Below are positions 24,400 through 37,386 of a DNA stretch of 64,000 nt, one piece after another. Origin of the DNA: Eledone cirrhosa (Eukaryota). The stretch's first letter is position 1, and each line of letters starts with the position of its first letter. Under the pieces are notes generated by a model. The model was not told the origin of the DNA, made no database searches, and saw only the letters and a list, made by a program, of their open reading frames with translations. The DNA is taken from assembly GCA_964016885.1 (NCBI GenBank), contig OZ024747.1, positions 40,734,001-40,798,000 on the forward strand, written 5' to 3'. Position numbers and translations under genes: made by a program.

Positions 24400-26270
24400 G
24401 TTGAGGACTACTGTAGAGATTCTGAACATTTCGAAAGAAAGTAATGATTTATTGCTGCAGAGATTGGACAGGCTTGAAATGTTTGATAAGTATTATAGCG
24501 ACTAGACATGTTACATTATGCCATCGCCTTAGCCGTTACAGTCAGATAATGGAATATCTGGTGCTTTTAGACTATCAAGTAGTAATTTGGCCACCTTATC
24601 GTCTTTCTTTTACTTTATATTAAGATAAACATATCACAATACCAATGTATTTTATGCCATAAGCGTGACATACTGTACTAATTTGCAGTCACGTTCTGTT
24701 AGAACAGCGTTTCTAATTTCATCAGCAAAGCATTCCACAAAATTTTCTATATGCCGCAAATCATAATATCTTCTTTTAACGACTTTGCCAGTTCGCCATT
24801 TTTATATTTCACTAGCTAGCCCTTCCGGCTGGCGGTCAGCTAGGTATACCCGCATTTTATCTTTTCAGGATTCCCCCATACACTCCAGTGCAAAGATACC
24901 GCACGCCCTCTCAAATCAGCAGGGGGGGGGGGTAACATGCTCTGATGTTGGGTTTGAATAGTTTTAAGGATTCCCAAGTTCAGCAGCCAGTACGTTAAAG
25001 AAAATTGATAGTTACAACAATAAAGGCTGAACAGAGAACACATGTTTTAACAAACAATAATTTGTACAACCATAATGGAAATTCTAAGTAACAGAAAATA
25101 TTTAAATTACACTGTTAGAGCCTTAGAGTATACAATATTTTTTGTTTGGCCCTCCGGAGCAAGAAAAAACAGATTGTTTGGCGAGCTCACCCTAGAGCAT
25201 CCTACATACAATTGACCATGGGAGAATCACTGATTTCGTAGCTCGTCTCGCGGAGAAGCTCTGTAGACGTTGACCTCTGGACACTCCTGTCAGGAGCAGG
25301 TAAGCTGTAGTGACTTAGAGGCCTACCACCAATCTCCAGGACACTGTTTTCAACACAAATGAGAGCCTCATTGAAAACGACATCGTATGTTACGTTTGGA
25401 TTGTGTCTGCGTGTGCGGTGGAGGATGTCCTCAGCTAGACTTTCGCGGTGGTTGTTCCACAGTGCGAGAGGGTCGGCGAGATCGCAGTTGTGCAGCATAA
25501 TAGCAAAAAGTTTTCGTAGCTGAGAAGGGACTTTAGCATTTACTGCTTCTTGCAGGGTGAGGTGCCAATGGCTGTCATCGTGTAACATACCATGCATCTG
25601 GCAAGCCAAACGGTAAGTGGAACATTGATGGCCATTGATGGTTCTCAGATCTTGGAAAGACTGTGGTCCTCTAACCTCGAACAGTAACAATGACGATAAG
25701 CCGTCTGTGCTTTCGTGAAATAGATACGTTTTTGTTTTTGTGTATACAAAAATATCTGTACACGAATATATATATTAAAATATCAGATTAAAGTTTAAGC
25801 AAAGAATCGCTGCTTTCACCCTTAACAGGATCTTCTGAAACTAAAAAAAATCCATCTGTGAATGCAGATGTAAATATTTCAAAAAACGTTATCTAATGCA
25901 GACAGCCAGACATACAGAGACATATTATAAGGGGAATGTTGTGCGACGTCATAAGAAAAAGTGAGGAATGACGTATAACCGGAAGTGTTGACATTTGAAA
26001 TGTTAAAGAAGTGAATATTTAAATAATGTCTTTAATCTTTTAACAAAATTCAGTAAACAAAAATATCCTCATCTTTTTACTTGGAAAAAGCTACATCTAT
26101 GGTGCAAATTTGGTGCTGTTTGGTCCAGCCATTTGGCGGAAAGTTTGTTACCTACATACGGCTGTCAGCTTTATAGTATAAATTAACAACTTAAAAAAAT
26201 ATATGATTCAAATTGCCCTTTGGAAATTCTGTTGGACATCTTTATGTTCCCTGTTTTATAGTTTCAATAA
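24400..26270 (-). pseudogene. hAT-superfamily transposase remnant split by a Helitron
   Basis: Fragments REH..FPKGNL..FKLL|MKYKNGELAKSLKE, HIENFVECFADEIRNAVLTE..YVTLMA and PLSDCNG..MSSRYN resemble ZMYM/Tip100-type hAT motifs. The frame rejoins across the Helitron. Confidence 0.5.
24812..26182 (-). mobile_element. Internally deleted Helitron with RepHel fragments
   Basis: 25202-25690 LLFEVRGPQSFQDLRTING..ACQMHGMLHDD..PSQLRKLFA is fused directly to the helicase C-terminus HGQLYVGCSRV..TKNIVY (about 25120-25220). 3' CTAG|T; 5' TTTATACTATAAAG. Confidence 0.85.
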
Positions 26271-26342
26271 CTTCCGTGGGGCAGGTATCTCTCGTTTTAA
26301 TATTCCAATATCGTAGTTAAATAATGTTATATGAGCTAATAA

Positions 26343-26533
26343 AGGCGGTGGATTGGCAGTATCGGTAGAGGGTCGGACGCCATGCTTTGCAGCAAAGAGT
26401 TACGGCCTTTTATGGACTGATTTCAAATCCCTCCGAGGTTAACTTTGCCTTTCATCCTTACGGGGTCGATAAAATAAAGTACCAGTAATACACTGGGATA
26501 ATTGCTGGCCTTGTGCCAAAAGTAGAAACAGTT
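26343..26533 (+). mobile_element. tRNA-derived SINE with flanking direct repeat (gttatatgagctaataaa)
   Basis: Full SINE; the 18-nt sequence occurs at about 26326-26343 and 26531-26548 (TSD). Confidence 0.85.
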
Positions 26534-27036
26534 ATATGAGCTAATAAATCAGATTCCCTTGGTTTACTTGTCATCTCAGCGGTGTCTTCATTAATTACAG
26601 TTACATTAGTGATTCTTCTACCATTGAACTATATGTATCTAGATTTCATCAACACTTGTAGAAATCTGCAAATAACCATTTCGCCTGAAGAAGTTGCCTT
26701 TTAGATGAATTCTTTTCTCATTTAATCCTTTTATTTTATTTTTCTAATCCCGGTTACATTTTCAAATCAGGAATTAACTAGATAAATGATAAACAAGAAT
26801 TAGCTTTAAGATATAATTTTAACATGTGTACCCGGTCTCTCTTTGATCAACAGCCGTTGGCATCGTTTGAGAGGATTGATGAATGAAGAATTCTGATTGA
26901 AAACAAGGCAAAGTGTAGAAAATATGAATACAGGTCACCTTAACCTTTCTCTAAAAACCCAAAGGCACATGCAGAGAGCGTTATTCTGAAAGAAATACCT
27001 ATATTTATCACCCTTAAGAAGTTTTATATATATATA

Positions 27037-27095
<59 letters not shown>

Positions 27096-27214
27096 TGTAA
27101 ATGTTAATAATTTTATATGTATTTATATTTATATAAGCACACACAGGCAAATATATACCACACACACTCACTCATACGTACATATATATCTATCTGTCTC
27201 ACTCTATATATATA

Positions 27215-29560
27215 TAATAATAAAAGGACGATTTGTTATGCCTTCATTACGTTTATTAAGTAGTGACGCGCGTTTCGCTATTGATCAGCTCGAGCTGCGA
27301 TCTATATCGATCTAACCCAACTCTGGAATCAAAACCTCGTCGGAACTCTGCTGTGGTAATGACAGAATGAACCTGTAGAGTTTAAAAATGTATACAATAT
27401 GGAGTTTAGCACATACCAAAAATGCATCACGAACGAGATACAAAAAAACGACAAAATATCAACACAGGAAAACCTAACACGCTTAAACAACTAGGCCAAA
27501 ACAATTATAATGGACCTTAAAATCGACGACAGAACACAACCCTACAGCCCTAGGTCACCTAAGATCTCAATTAAAGACCACAAACTGGACTTTCGGAGTA
27601 AACTACCGGTTAGGCTTATAGCACCCTTCAAATCAGACTTAGGTAGACTTAGTAAATCTATCATTGACCGAGTAATACCAGAACTAAGAAATAGGACAAA
27701 ACTCAGCCTGTGGTCTTGTACTAGAGAGGTTATTGACTACTAGAATTCGACGGTAAATTATGGGAGAGACAAAATAGACCCAACAGCTTTGACATTACGA
27801 TGGGGTCGAGCGACTCCGCCCAAATTACAGACATTGTCAGATTTTACATCTTAAGTAAACTAACGGGCAAGATCCCTAGTATAGGTGGGGGACTGTACAG
27901 AGACGACGCTCTGCTCACAACCCGCGGACTTAATAACAGCCAAATAGAAAGACGACATAAACGACTTAGACACATCTTTAAGACCTACGATCTGACGGTA
28001 GAAATAGAACGTAACAATAGGACATTGAATTTCTTAGACGTGACACTAGAATTAGACGCAGGTTTGTACCAACCATACCATAAACCCAATGAGAACTTGA
28101 AGTATGTTAGACACTCCAACCACCATAAGAACATTATTAACTCTATAGTTAAGAGAGTTTCCAACAGAGTGCCAGCTAATAGGTCTATCTTCAACCAGCA
28201 CGCTAAATACTATAACGCCCCCCCCCCATGCTCCGAGAGTAACTTCCACGCAAGGACCACCACTAGTTGACAAGCCAGGCAATACACATACCACTACCAA
28301 GGAGGTAAAGCCATACCCTTCTACCCCGTAACGACTCGAAGCATAGCACACAAATATGTATTAATAGGGACCAAAGATTAAATGGTACAAACCAAACCAG
28401 AGCACCCAAGACAATTACGCCTGATCACAGCACACCCATAAACACACCAAACCGCAACAACCGCATTAAATGTCGTAGGGCCCGGAGCACAACCGTGACA
28501 TGGTACAACGTCCCGTACTCGATACACGTTGCTACCAAAGTACCAGGAGCATTATTCAGGGCCCTTGACCAATCCTTTCACCCACACACAAATACCACAA
28601 GCTCTTTAACAGACACACAGTAAAATTCTCATTCTCCACAACACCCAATCTAGCCGACACCATAGCATACACTAATAGGACCAAAATACGCAAACACAAG
28701 CAGGCACCCCAAGCAGCCACTAGCACAGTCCTAAACAACACCGCACAGATAATATGCAACAATGTTCAACAACATGCGGACTCCAACCAAAACCTGACCA
28801 ACCAGCAACATAACAACAATACAATGGTCCCCAGGTGCAACTGCAAAAAGCCGGAGGAATGCCCACTGAGTGGGGAGTTCCTCATCAGGAATATTGTATA
28901 CCAGTGTGATGTCATGGCTGGGCACAATGAATCGAAAGTGCAACTGCAGATCCCGTACGGAGTGTCCTCCTCGAAACAACTGCTTAGTCTCCGGTATCGT
29001 ATACAGAAACACCATTCATGCGGAAAGCAGTAGAAAATATGTATACATAGGGGCAACCGGCGGAGATTTTAAATTCCGTTTCTGCAACCATGCATGCTCC
29101 TTCAGACATCAGCATCAAAGATCACAAACCAGTCTGTCTGAGCATGTATGGTGGCTTAAGGACGCTAACATCACCTTTAGAACGGAATGGGACGTCATAC
29201 GAAGAGCACCCCCGCTCCATTTAGGAAGACGACACTGCCGGTTATGCCTTGCGGAAGCAGTGGAAATAATAAAACAGAAAAAACATGGTATAAACGCGAG
29301 GCCCGTTATCGTGATGAACTGTTTGCACCAGCGCGCCCACCTGTTCAACAGGTACGTGGACGAGCAGAACCTAAGGAATACCTAGTAATTCACAGCCATA
29401 TATCGATCAAATAAACAGGCAAGCTAAAGAAGTCTATTTGAACACTTTTCTTCTATTTATAACTCTTTATAGGTATCTGTACATCATCTCTTAATTATTA
29501 CTGTTGTTATTATTACCTCTCCTATTTGTATGTACATTGGTGTATGCGGGTGCACGCACC
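27215..29560 (+). mobile_element. Degenerate Penelope-like element (Hydra-clade-like), internally deleted, with an upstream inverted pLTR piece
   Basis: IKDHK..RLIAPFKSDLG, FDITMGSSDSAQ, GLYRDD, NFLDV, YHKPN; CxCx5Cx5C linker; GIY-YIG at 28870-29385 (IVY..YIGAT..FKFRFCNH..CRLCLAE). Confidence 0.85.
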
Positions 29561-29702
29561 GGTGTGCGTGTGTCCCGGACTCCACACATATATACTGGCA
29601 GATGTATGTCTGTTTATACGTGTATAGGGTGTGCACACAGCCATGTATATTTATATACATATATATATGTATGTGTGTGTGTGTGTGTATATATATATAT
29701 TA

Positions 29703-30582
29703 CTAGCAGTAAAGCCCGGCGTTGCTCGGGGTCGCTCAGTAACTGTGTTAAAGTTACAATGTTAAGTTTCTTTCTTGGCTTAAAAACTGTAGTGTCTACT
29801 GTGCAGACTTGCATGTGGTGTTTTTGATTAATATTCCCTCAACCAACAATATGCCTTATGAAGTTAAGAAAACATAACGATAACCCGAATGTTATAACAA
29901 AAGAGGATGCTGGGGATAGAAACTGCACTGGTTATTTATTAACAAAGATCGAAAATGTAAACACTGCAACGCAGAGAAAAACATTAGCGTAACCAAATTA
30001 TCAGTTATGTCTGTCTGCACGCCTATATCACCTCTCTGCACGACTGTCTGTCTGCACGCCTATATCACCTCTCTGCACGACTGTCTGTCTGCACGCCTAT
30101 ATCACCTCTCTGCACGACTGTCTGTCTGCACGACTGTCTGTCTGCACGCCTAACGACGAAATATTTGCTTGTTTTACGTAGTCTTTAAATAGACTTGTTT
30201 TCAAGTAAAAATATTGTTTTAAAATGCTTTTAAATGGAAATGAAGCAAAACGGAAGCTTAGTGTTCGAACTGATGAATTTTGCAGGTCAATATTTTGTTG
30301 GCTCGACAACTGTTCGTAAAGCCAGCGTAATTTTTTACGTAAGACGCTCAATGTAAACAGAACAAAGGGAAATAACTGATAACTTACGCTCAAAAATCGA
30401 TACATTATATTCGATTTCGTCACATAGGGTGGGTCAAATTGAAATTTTTTTTTTTCGATGTCTTCGCTAGGGCTCAATGTACAAGTATAGCAATTTCGGT
30501 GCAATTCCGTGAGAGATTCTAAGAGGAGATGTGTGCCAAAAATCGATAGACAGACAGACAACCACAGTTTTATATATATAGA
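29703..30582 (-). mobile_element. Non-autonomous Helitron
   Basis: A|TCTATATATATAAAACTG ... cccgagcaacgccggg + CTAG|T. Confidence 0.8.
30008..30151. repeat. 37-bp minisatellite (about 3.5 copies) inside the Helitron
   Basis: Unit gtctgtctgcacgcctatatcacctctctgcacgact; cctatatc recurs at 30022, 30059 and 30096. Confidence 0.9.
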
Positions 30583-32560
30583 TGATACATATAGAAAATT
30601 TATATATAAAGAACTACATAGGAGCTATAAGAAAACTACTATTAAAAACCTAGAAAATATAAATATAGAAGGCCGTAGTATAGTGTGTAAATTAGGACTT
30701 CTGAGATATACACAGCCATACACCCCTAACCCCCGAGGTTCTCTCTGAAGGACCATAAAGAAGACTTCATTAGTAACCCTTCGATAAGACTAATCAGCCC
30801 TTCTAAATCTGACATTGGTATTATCAGCAAGAAAATATTAGATAGAATCATCCCACAGATTAAGCACAAAATATATTTTAACCAAAATATATTTTAACCA
30901 ATGGGGAAATACGGGTGAAGTTATTGAATGGTTTAAGGATATTAAAGATAATTAAAAAAAAAATTATACAATTTGATATCAATTCATACTACACCTCTAT
31001 TTCCCTTATCCTATTAAATAAGGCACTAATTATGGCCATGAACAATAGTGACCTGACTAGATCCCAAATTTATGTCATACTTGCGGCCCGAAAAACCATA
31101 TTTACATTTGAAGATCAATTATGGACCCGCAAGGATACGCATAAGAACTTTGACATAACTATGGGATCTAGTGACTCGGTGCAGGTCACTGATTTGGTGG
31201 GCCTGTATCTACTAAATGAAATTCATAAGAACCTACCCTACCTCAATGGTGGTTTATACCGATTTAATATAGAAAGGACTAGGAAACTATTACATAAAAT
31301 TTTCAAAAACTTCAACTTAAGTATCACCTTAGACAAAAAACCTAAAAACGTTAACTTCCTTTACCTAAACTCTAAAATATATACACCCTTTCATAAACCT
31401 AACGAAAAACTAATTTATGTGGATACCAAGTCTAACCACCCTAAATCCATATTAAACTCAATCACTAAAGGAATATCTAATAGAATCTCTAATCTATCAT
31501 ATAACGAAACCATATTTAACAATAAATCCCAATACTATAATCAAGCATTAGCCAAATCAGGCCATAAAAATGGGATTGAATTCCTACCTATAAAATCACA
31601 TAGTTACAGCATTATTTCTCACAATATGGCCATGAGGAAAAATAATAAGAGTACTAGCCATTCTTACTCAAATACGAAGGGTAATATCAAACTTAACTCG
31701 CACCAGAGTAAACACCATAATATTATTATAAACAGAAATACCTCAAAAGATATTACAAAAAACAAAAATAGAAGAACTAATACATTCTTCAATCCTCATT
31801 TCAATCTAAACGTCTCTACCAACTTGCCTAAGGCTTTCTTCTCAATCCTAAAAAAAAACTTCCCATCTGGCCACAAATACCATAATCTTATAAATAAAAA
31901 GACCATTAACATCTCTTACTCTACCACACCTAACATCGCATACCATATAGCTAGTAGTAATAAAAGGAAGATTAATAATTATTTCCAACTAATTAAAACA
32001 CAGCAGGAGGTAAACTTACAGAACAACATAATACCTACAAAATGATAATACCTACACTAATGAAATCAATAACAATAGGAACAAAAACCATTATTACCCT
32101 AATGCTATCCATAGCAACCAGACTTCTACACAGCATAATAACCGGCAAGATAACATCCAAAATAAATGTAACTGTAGATAAAATAGAACTTGCCCATTAG
32201 GTAATAATTGCTTAATCAAAGACATCATTTACTCCTGCACAGTCAACACAAACAACTCTTCTAAAACATATATTGGCTCTACTTCAAACTGCTTCAAGAC
32301 GAGATACAACTCGCACCTCCACACTTTCAAAAAACACAATTTAGCCAACTCCACTTCACTATATAGCTACATACACTCTCTGAAAACTAGGAATAGATCA
32401 TATACACTTCAATTATAAGTAGTAGGTAGGGCTATATCGTATAAACCACCGAATAAATTTTGAAACCTCTGTCTTCTAGAGACCCGAACTATAATCTTTT
32501 CTAAACTAAACCTCCTAAATAAAAAGTCAGAGATGTTTTCCTCGTGCCAGCACCACTACC
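30583..32560 (+). mobile_element. Degenerate Penelope-like element (Hydra-clade-like)
   Basis: LKDHK..RLISPSKSDIG, QFDINSYYTSI, FDITMGSSDS, FHKPN, SNHP; CNCR..CPLGNNC and IIY..YIGST GIY-YIG with internal stops. Confidence 0.85.
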
Positions 32561-32883
32561 AGCACCACTACTGTGATGGGTGACTAGTGTGTGTTTATGT
32601 GCTTGTTGTTATTGTGCTTGTGTATGTATTTATTTATTTATTTATTTTATTTTATATACTTATTTATGCTTCTCTTAAATACATACACAAGCACAATAAC
32701 AACAAGCACATAAACACACACTAGTCACCCATCACACAGCAAACAAAACACTATACACACACGCAAACGCATGCGCAAAGAAGACAAAATAAAATAAACA
32801 AACAAGCAAATAAATAAATAAATATATAGACAGACTGAATAAAAATGGCGTAGACATACAATACAACAGGAGGAAAATATAGC

Positions 32884-32925
32884 ACCACTGACGATGTTGC
32901 AGATGTGCAACGAAAGATTTATGAT
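32884..32925 (+). ncRNA. Minimal type I hammerhead ribozyme, 5' pLTR
   Basis: acca-CTGACGA-t-gttgca-gatg-tgcaac-GAAA-gatt-TA-tgat. Confidence 0.78.
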
Positions 32926-33108
32926 AAACTATATATATGTGTTTGTGTCTATATTGTATCTGTATTATTTTTGACCGTCGGTCAGTCAATGGCAACAATG
33001 AGGACCGAGTAAGTTAGAATACCGATATAAAAGACACAGAAGCGAGAAGCGAAAACCAACCATACAGTGAGTGTGTTCTGTTATTAATTCTGGCAATATT
33101 ACACAAAT

Positions 33109-36100
33109 ATGACCCTCCCCAAGTATAACAATATTTGTTTCGACACACGATTTCATATAAAAAACCTCGCAAAACTAATTCATCGCCGCTATGGCATTAG
33201 CTTGTGCCAAGCTTAAAGGTTATTGAAAGACACTGTTTTCTGTTATATAAAAACTACAATAACAACAGAACAAATCCGCTTCTTAAAACACTGTGTTTCC
33301 TCCAAAACATACACAACAAACATATCAAAACAAGTAAGTAATTTATTATTGAACAAAACACAAGCTGAACGACTAAAACACACAATAACAGTTAATATGA
33401 AAAGAACAACATACACAAAAGTCAACGAACTTTACAGACAGAAACGCATTAACGGTAAGGAAATCCGAAATCTCACCACACCAAACGAGAGGGATAACTC
33501 CATGAGCGTCATCCGACGTGAAACGAAATACGCCCGAAACGAATGCAATAGGCATTTCAATAAGAAATTAGAATGGATGAATAAGAAAAAACTACAAGAA
33601 AGGAAAATAGAATATTCTCAAAAATACCCAGATAACATCGACAATATCCGTATGACTGATGTAAAACTACCGGTAAAACTACCGGAAGAATTTACCAATG
33701 ACCACACAGTAAATATTTATGGGAACACTTTAATCAGTGAACAAGAACAACGAATCCTGCGGCTACCACCAAAATTTGCCATCTACAAAAAGATTAACCC
33801 TATGGAGTGGAAAACGGAGTTGGAAAAGTGTTTCACAAAAATACGTTGGAACAACAACAATAATAACGGTAGTAGTAATATAAACAATAACTCTGAGTAT
33901 AGAAATAACTGCCATAACAATAACAGGAAAGTGAGAAATAGTGATAATGGTAATAATACTAGCGATAGACAGAACAACAACAACCACAATAATAATAATA
34001 ATAGAAACATTAACCACAGACACAGCAGCAGCGACCACAGTAGTAATAACGGTAACAATACGAACAACAACAACAATAACCACAGTGGTAATAATGGAAA
34101 TAGTACATGTAGCAACATCAATGATAGACACAACAAAAACAAGAAACATAATAAAAGTAACAACCACAATGGTAGAAATAACAGTAACAACAACAATAAC
34201 GGTGAAGTAAACAACAATACATCTAGCAATCATAACAATAATAATAATGCTAATGATAGAAACAACAACAACCACCATGATAACAATAATAGCAACACAC
34301 ACAACTACGACGATAGATATAATGACAACCCCTTAGAGAAACTATTTTTCAACCCAGCTGACAAAACATATAAGATGGGTAATATCTATCCTACGAGATT
34401 ACCCTTTAATAAAAGATTTTGCATACCACAACAAATAGATGACGAGACAGAGGCACAGTTCACGATAGCTAGAAATAAGATTAGACAAATAGTAGACAGG
34501 TATACTAAGAGACAGAGCAGACCAGAAGCCCAACAACTTGGGAGGAAACCTGTAGAAGGCTTGGTTAGCCTCAAGCAGCGCACAAGGGATGGTGAGGTAG
34601 TATGTCTACCCACGGATAAGTCTGGTAGGATGTCAATAGATAGCAATCCGAACTACATCAAGGCTATGCAACCCCACATCACCAACACGAGCGAAATTGC
34701 ACAACAAACACACGATGGGAGAGAGAAAATCCTCAACGCTCACATGATGATGTGGACTGACATCCTAAAGCCAAGCAGACGCACTGCCAACAACTTCCAG
34801 GCGTCTAACAATGGCATACCACCCTTGTATGGGATCCGCAAAGACCACAAGACAGTCGACGAGCCGACAACAGGACCACCAACAAGACCCGTATGCGGAT
34901 CTAATGTAGCTAGTAACTACAGGATCTCCTACTTCCTCTCAATGGTTATACGCCCCATAATCAAGATGTCCCCAGATGTATGTGACAGTACAGAGGACCT
35001 TCTCAGCAGAATCAGTGAGTGCAACAAAAACAGGAACCTATCCAACTGCATAATAGGCAGCATGGATGCGGTGTCACTGTACCCATCCATTAACATTGAT
35101 TTTGCTGTGAAAAGATGTGTGGAGATGATCATTGAGAGTGAGGTGGAGTTCTGCGACGTCGACACAGACGAACTGGGCCCCTTACTTAGACTTACCTACG
35201 ACACTGACTACCTAGACAGCCATGACCTTAGACGTTTCTGCCCTAGTAGACCTATATGGCAAAAAAGACTCCCATGGGAAGGTGGATTGGGTGGACCAAA
35301 GCTATACGGACCCCCCAAAACAATGATCAGGTAAGAAAAATGGTCGCACATGCAATAGGGGCTAGTATCAAAACTACCCTAAAGGGCCACATATTTAAGT
35401 TCAACGAGAAGATCTACACCCAAAATGAGGGAGCAGCCATCGGCGTCAGCATAGGTGGTGATGTTGCCAAACTTTTCATGGTATGGTGGGAAAGGAGACT
35501 TAAAGATCTCCTTAATGAGAGCTCCATAGACCTCATCATCATGTACTCTCGTTATGTAGACGATATCAATATAGTTATAAGAACACCCCCCACTAGAGAG
35601 CACTAACAAGTTTGATTTAGAACGTAGCACGATGGAAGGCATCCAGCAGATAGCTAATTCCATACACCAGAGTATAACTGTAACTATCGACTTCCCTTCC
35701 AAACACCCTAACAATAGACTACCTGTATTAGACACAGAACTCTGGATTAACACTATAGACGAGAGAGCCCAAATTCTCCACTCACACTATGCTAAACCCA
35801 TGGCCTCTAAATACCTGATACTCAAAAACTCAGCAATGTCCAGTAGTGCTAAGTTTAATATTCTGATCGCAGATTTGGTACGAGTGATGAAGAATGTGTC
35901 CCGCATGTGCGACCCAACAGAAATAGAAAGACACATCCAACAATTCATCAACCGCATGCAGTTGTCTGGCTACAACCAAAGAGACAGAGTCAGAGTATAC
36001 GAAGGAGCTATGGAGAAATATAAGACCCTCATAGAACTGGACATGAAAGGAATTTGCCCATTATACAGGAGCAAATCATGGAATAGCTTAGATAGGGCTA

Positions 36101-36710
36101 GACATAAGATAGGGAAAGCCACCTCATGTACGACAACCAGAGATACCAGACTGTCATGTTTGTGGACGCTACCCCTGGAGGGAAATTATCTAACCAGTAT
36201 AGAAAGGCCCTGAGAAAGACCCACTTGAAAATAAAGGTGCTAGAAAAGCCAGAAACCACCATAAAATCCCTGATCAGCAAAACCTACCCTTTTAAGAAAA
36301 CCCACTGTACCAATAGGAAATGTATCATATGTAAGGTGAACCCCCGGATAAACTGTAAAACTAGAAACGTAGTCTATAGCATAAGATGTACAGAGGGTAC
36401 TTGCAGAAACATGACAACAACATACATAGGTGAGACAGCTCGTAGCATAGGTGAAAGGATAGACCAACACTGGGGGGAACTAAAAGGACGAAAAAACGGC
36501 TCAGTACTATACGAACATGCTAGACAACAACATGACGGTAACATAGACAACATAGAAATTAGAATAATATCTAAACATAGAAATAACCCAGCAGATAGGC
36601 AAATCAGAGAGGCCAGTGAAATAGAAATTAGAAGACCAAGGCTAAACAGAAAGAATGAATGGAATAACAACAACACCCAAATAAACAACACTGACCTAAG
36701 AGAAGCATAA
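33109..36710 (+). pseudogene. Penelope RT + GIY-YIG polyprotein, broken by one early stop and frameshifts
   Basis: ATG at 33109 is in frame with ORF 33223-35334 (TAA at 33214). Motifs IRFLKHC, TDKSG, PPLYG.RKDHK, PTRPVCG, SMDAVSLYPS, GAAIG, YVDD and YIGETARS are spread over ORFs 33223, 35256, 35632 and 36126. Confidence 0.9.
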
Positions 36711-36945
36711 ATAAGTAAATAAATAAAAATAAATAAATAAATACATACACAAGCACAATAACAACAAGCACATAAACACACACTAGTCACCCATCACACA
36801 GCAAACAAAACACTATACACATACGCAAACGCATGCGCAAAGAAGACAAAATAAAATAAACAAACAAGCAAATAAATAAATAAATAGATAGACAGACTGA
36901 ATAAAAATGGCGTAGACATACAATACAACAGGAGGAAAATATAGC

Positions 36946-36987
36946 ACCACTGACGATGTTGCAGATGTGCAACGAAAGATTTATGAT
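36946..36987 (+). ncRNA. Minimal type I hammerhead ribozyme, 3' pLTR
   Basis: Identical to 32884-32925. Confidence 0.78.
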
Positions 36988-37250
36988 AAACTATATATAT
37001 GTGTTTGTGTCTATATTGTATCTGTATTATTTTTGACCGTCGGTCAGTCAATGGCAACAATGAGGACCGAGTAAGTTAGAATACCGATATAAAAGACACA
37101 GAAGCGAGAAGCGAAAACCAACCATACAGTGAGTGTGTTCTGTTATTAATTCTGGCAATATTACACAAATATGATCCTCCCCAAGTATAACAATATTTGT
37201 TTCGACACACGATTTCATATAAAAAACCTCGCAAAACTAATTCATCGCCG

Positions 37251-37310
<60 letters not shown>

Positions 37311-37321
37311 CGGCGATGAAT

Positions 37322-37386
<65 letters not shown>

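Larger units (their letters stand above)
32571..37252 (+). mobile_element. Full-length Penelope-like element (Naiad-like) with direct pseudo-LTRs plus an inverted 5' stub
   Basis: 32679-33192 is nearly identical to 36739-37252, and 32571-32678 is the reverse complement of about 36697-36800. The ORF lies between the pLTRs. Confidence 0.93.

Noticed and set aside
26740-26995. Run of apparent 50-55-nt GT-AG introns on the minus strand
   Set aside because: No reading frame stays open across the three putative exons.
30008-30151. 37-bp repeats as a CRISPR-like array
   Set aside because: Direct tandem units with no unique spacers, in a eukaryotic Helitron context.
32461-32472. In-frame TGA at the first Cys of a CxLC motif as selenocysteine (Sec-coding Naiad PLEs are known)
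   Set aside because: The same frame has TAA stops nearby, so decay is the simpler explanation. The two Naiad-like elements use TGT/TGC at the Cys positions I checked in the endonuclease region, and I saw no SECIS.
33109-33190. Conserved atgaccctcccc..tttcNacacacgattt motif (also at 602-680, 3874, 21034, 37171) as a novel structured RNA or regulatory element
   Set aside because: It translates as MTLPKYNNI.F.TRF.IKNLAK in frame with the Penelope ORF, so it is the coding N-terminus carried in the pLTR tail.
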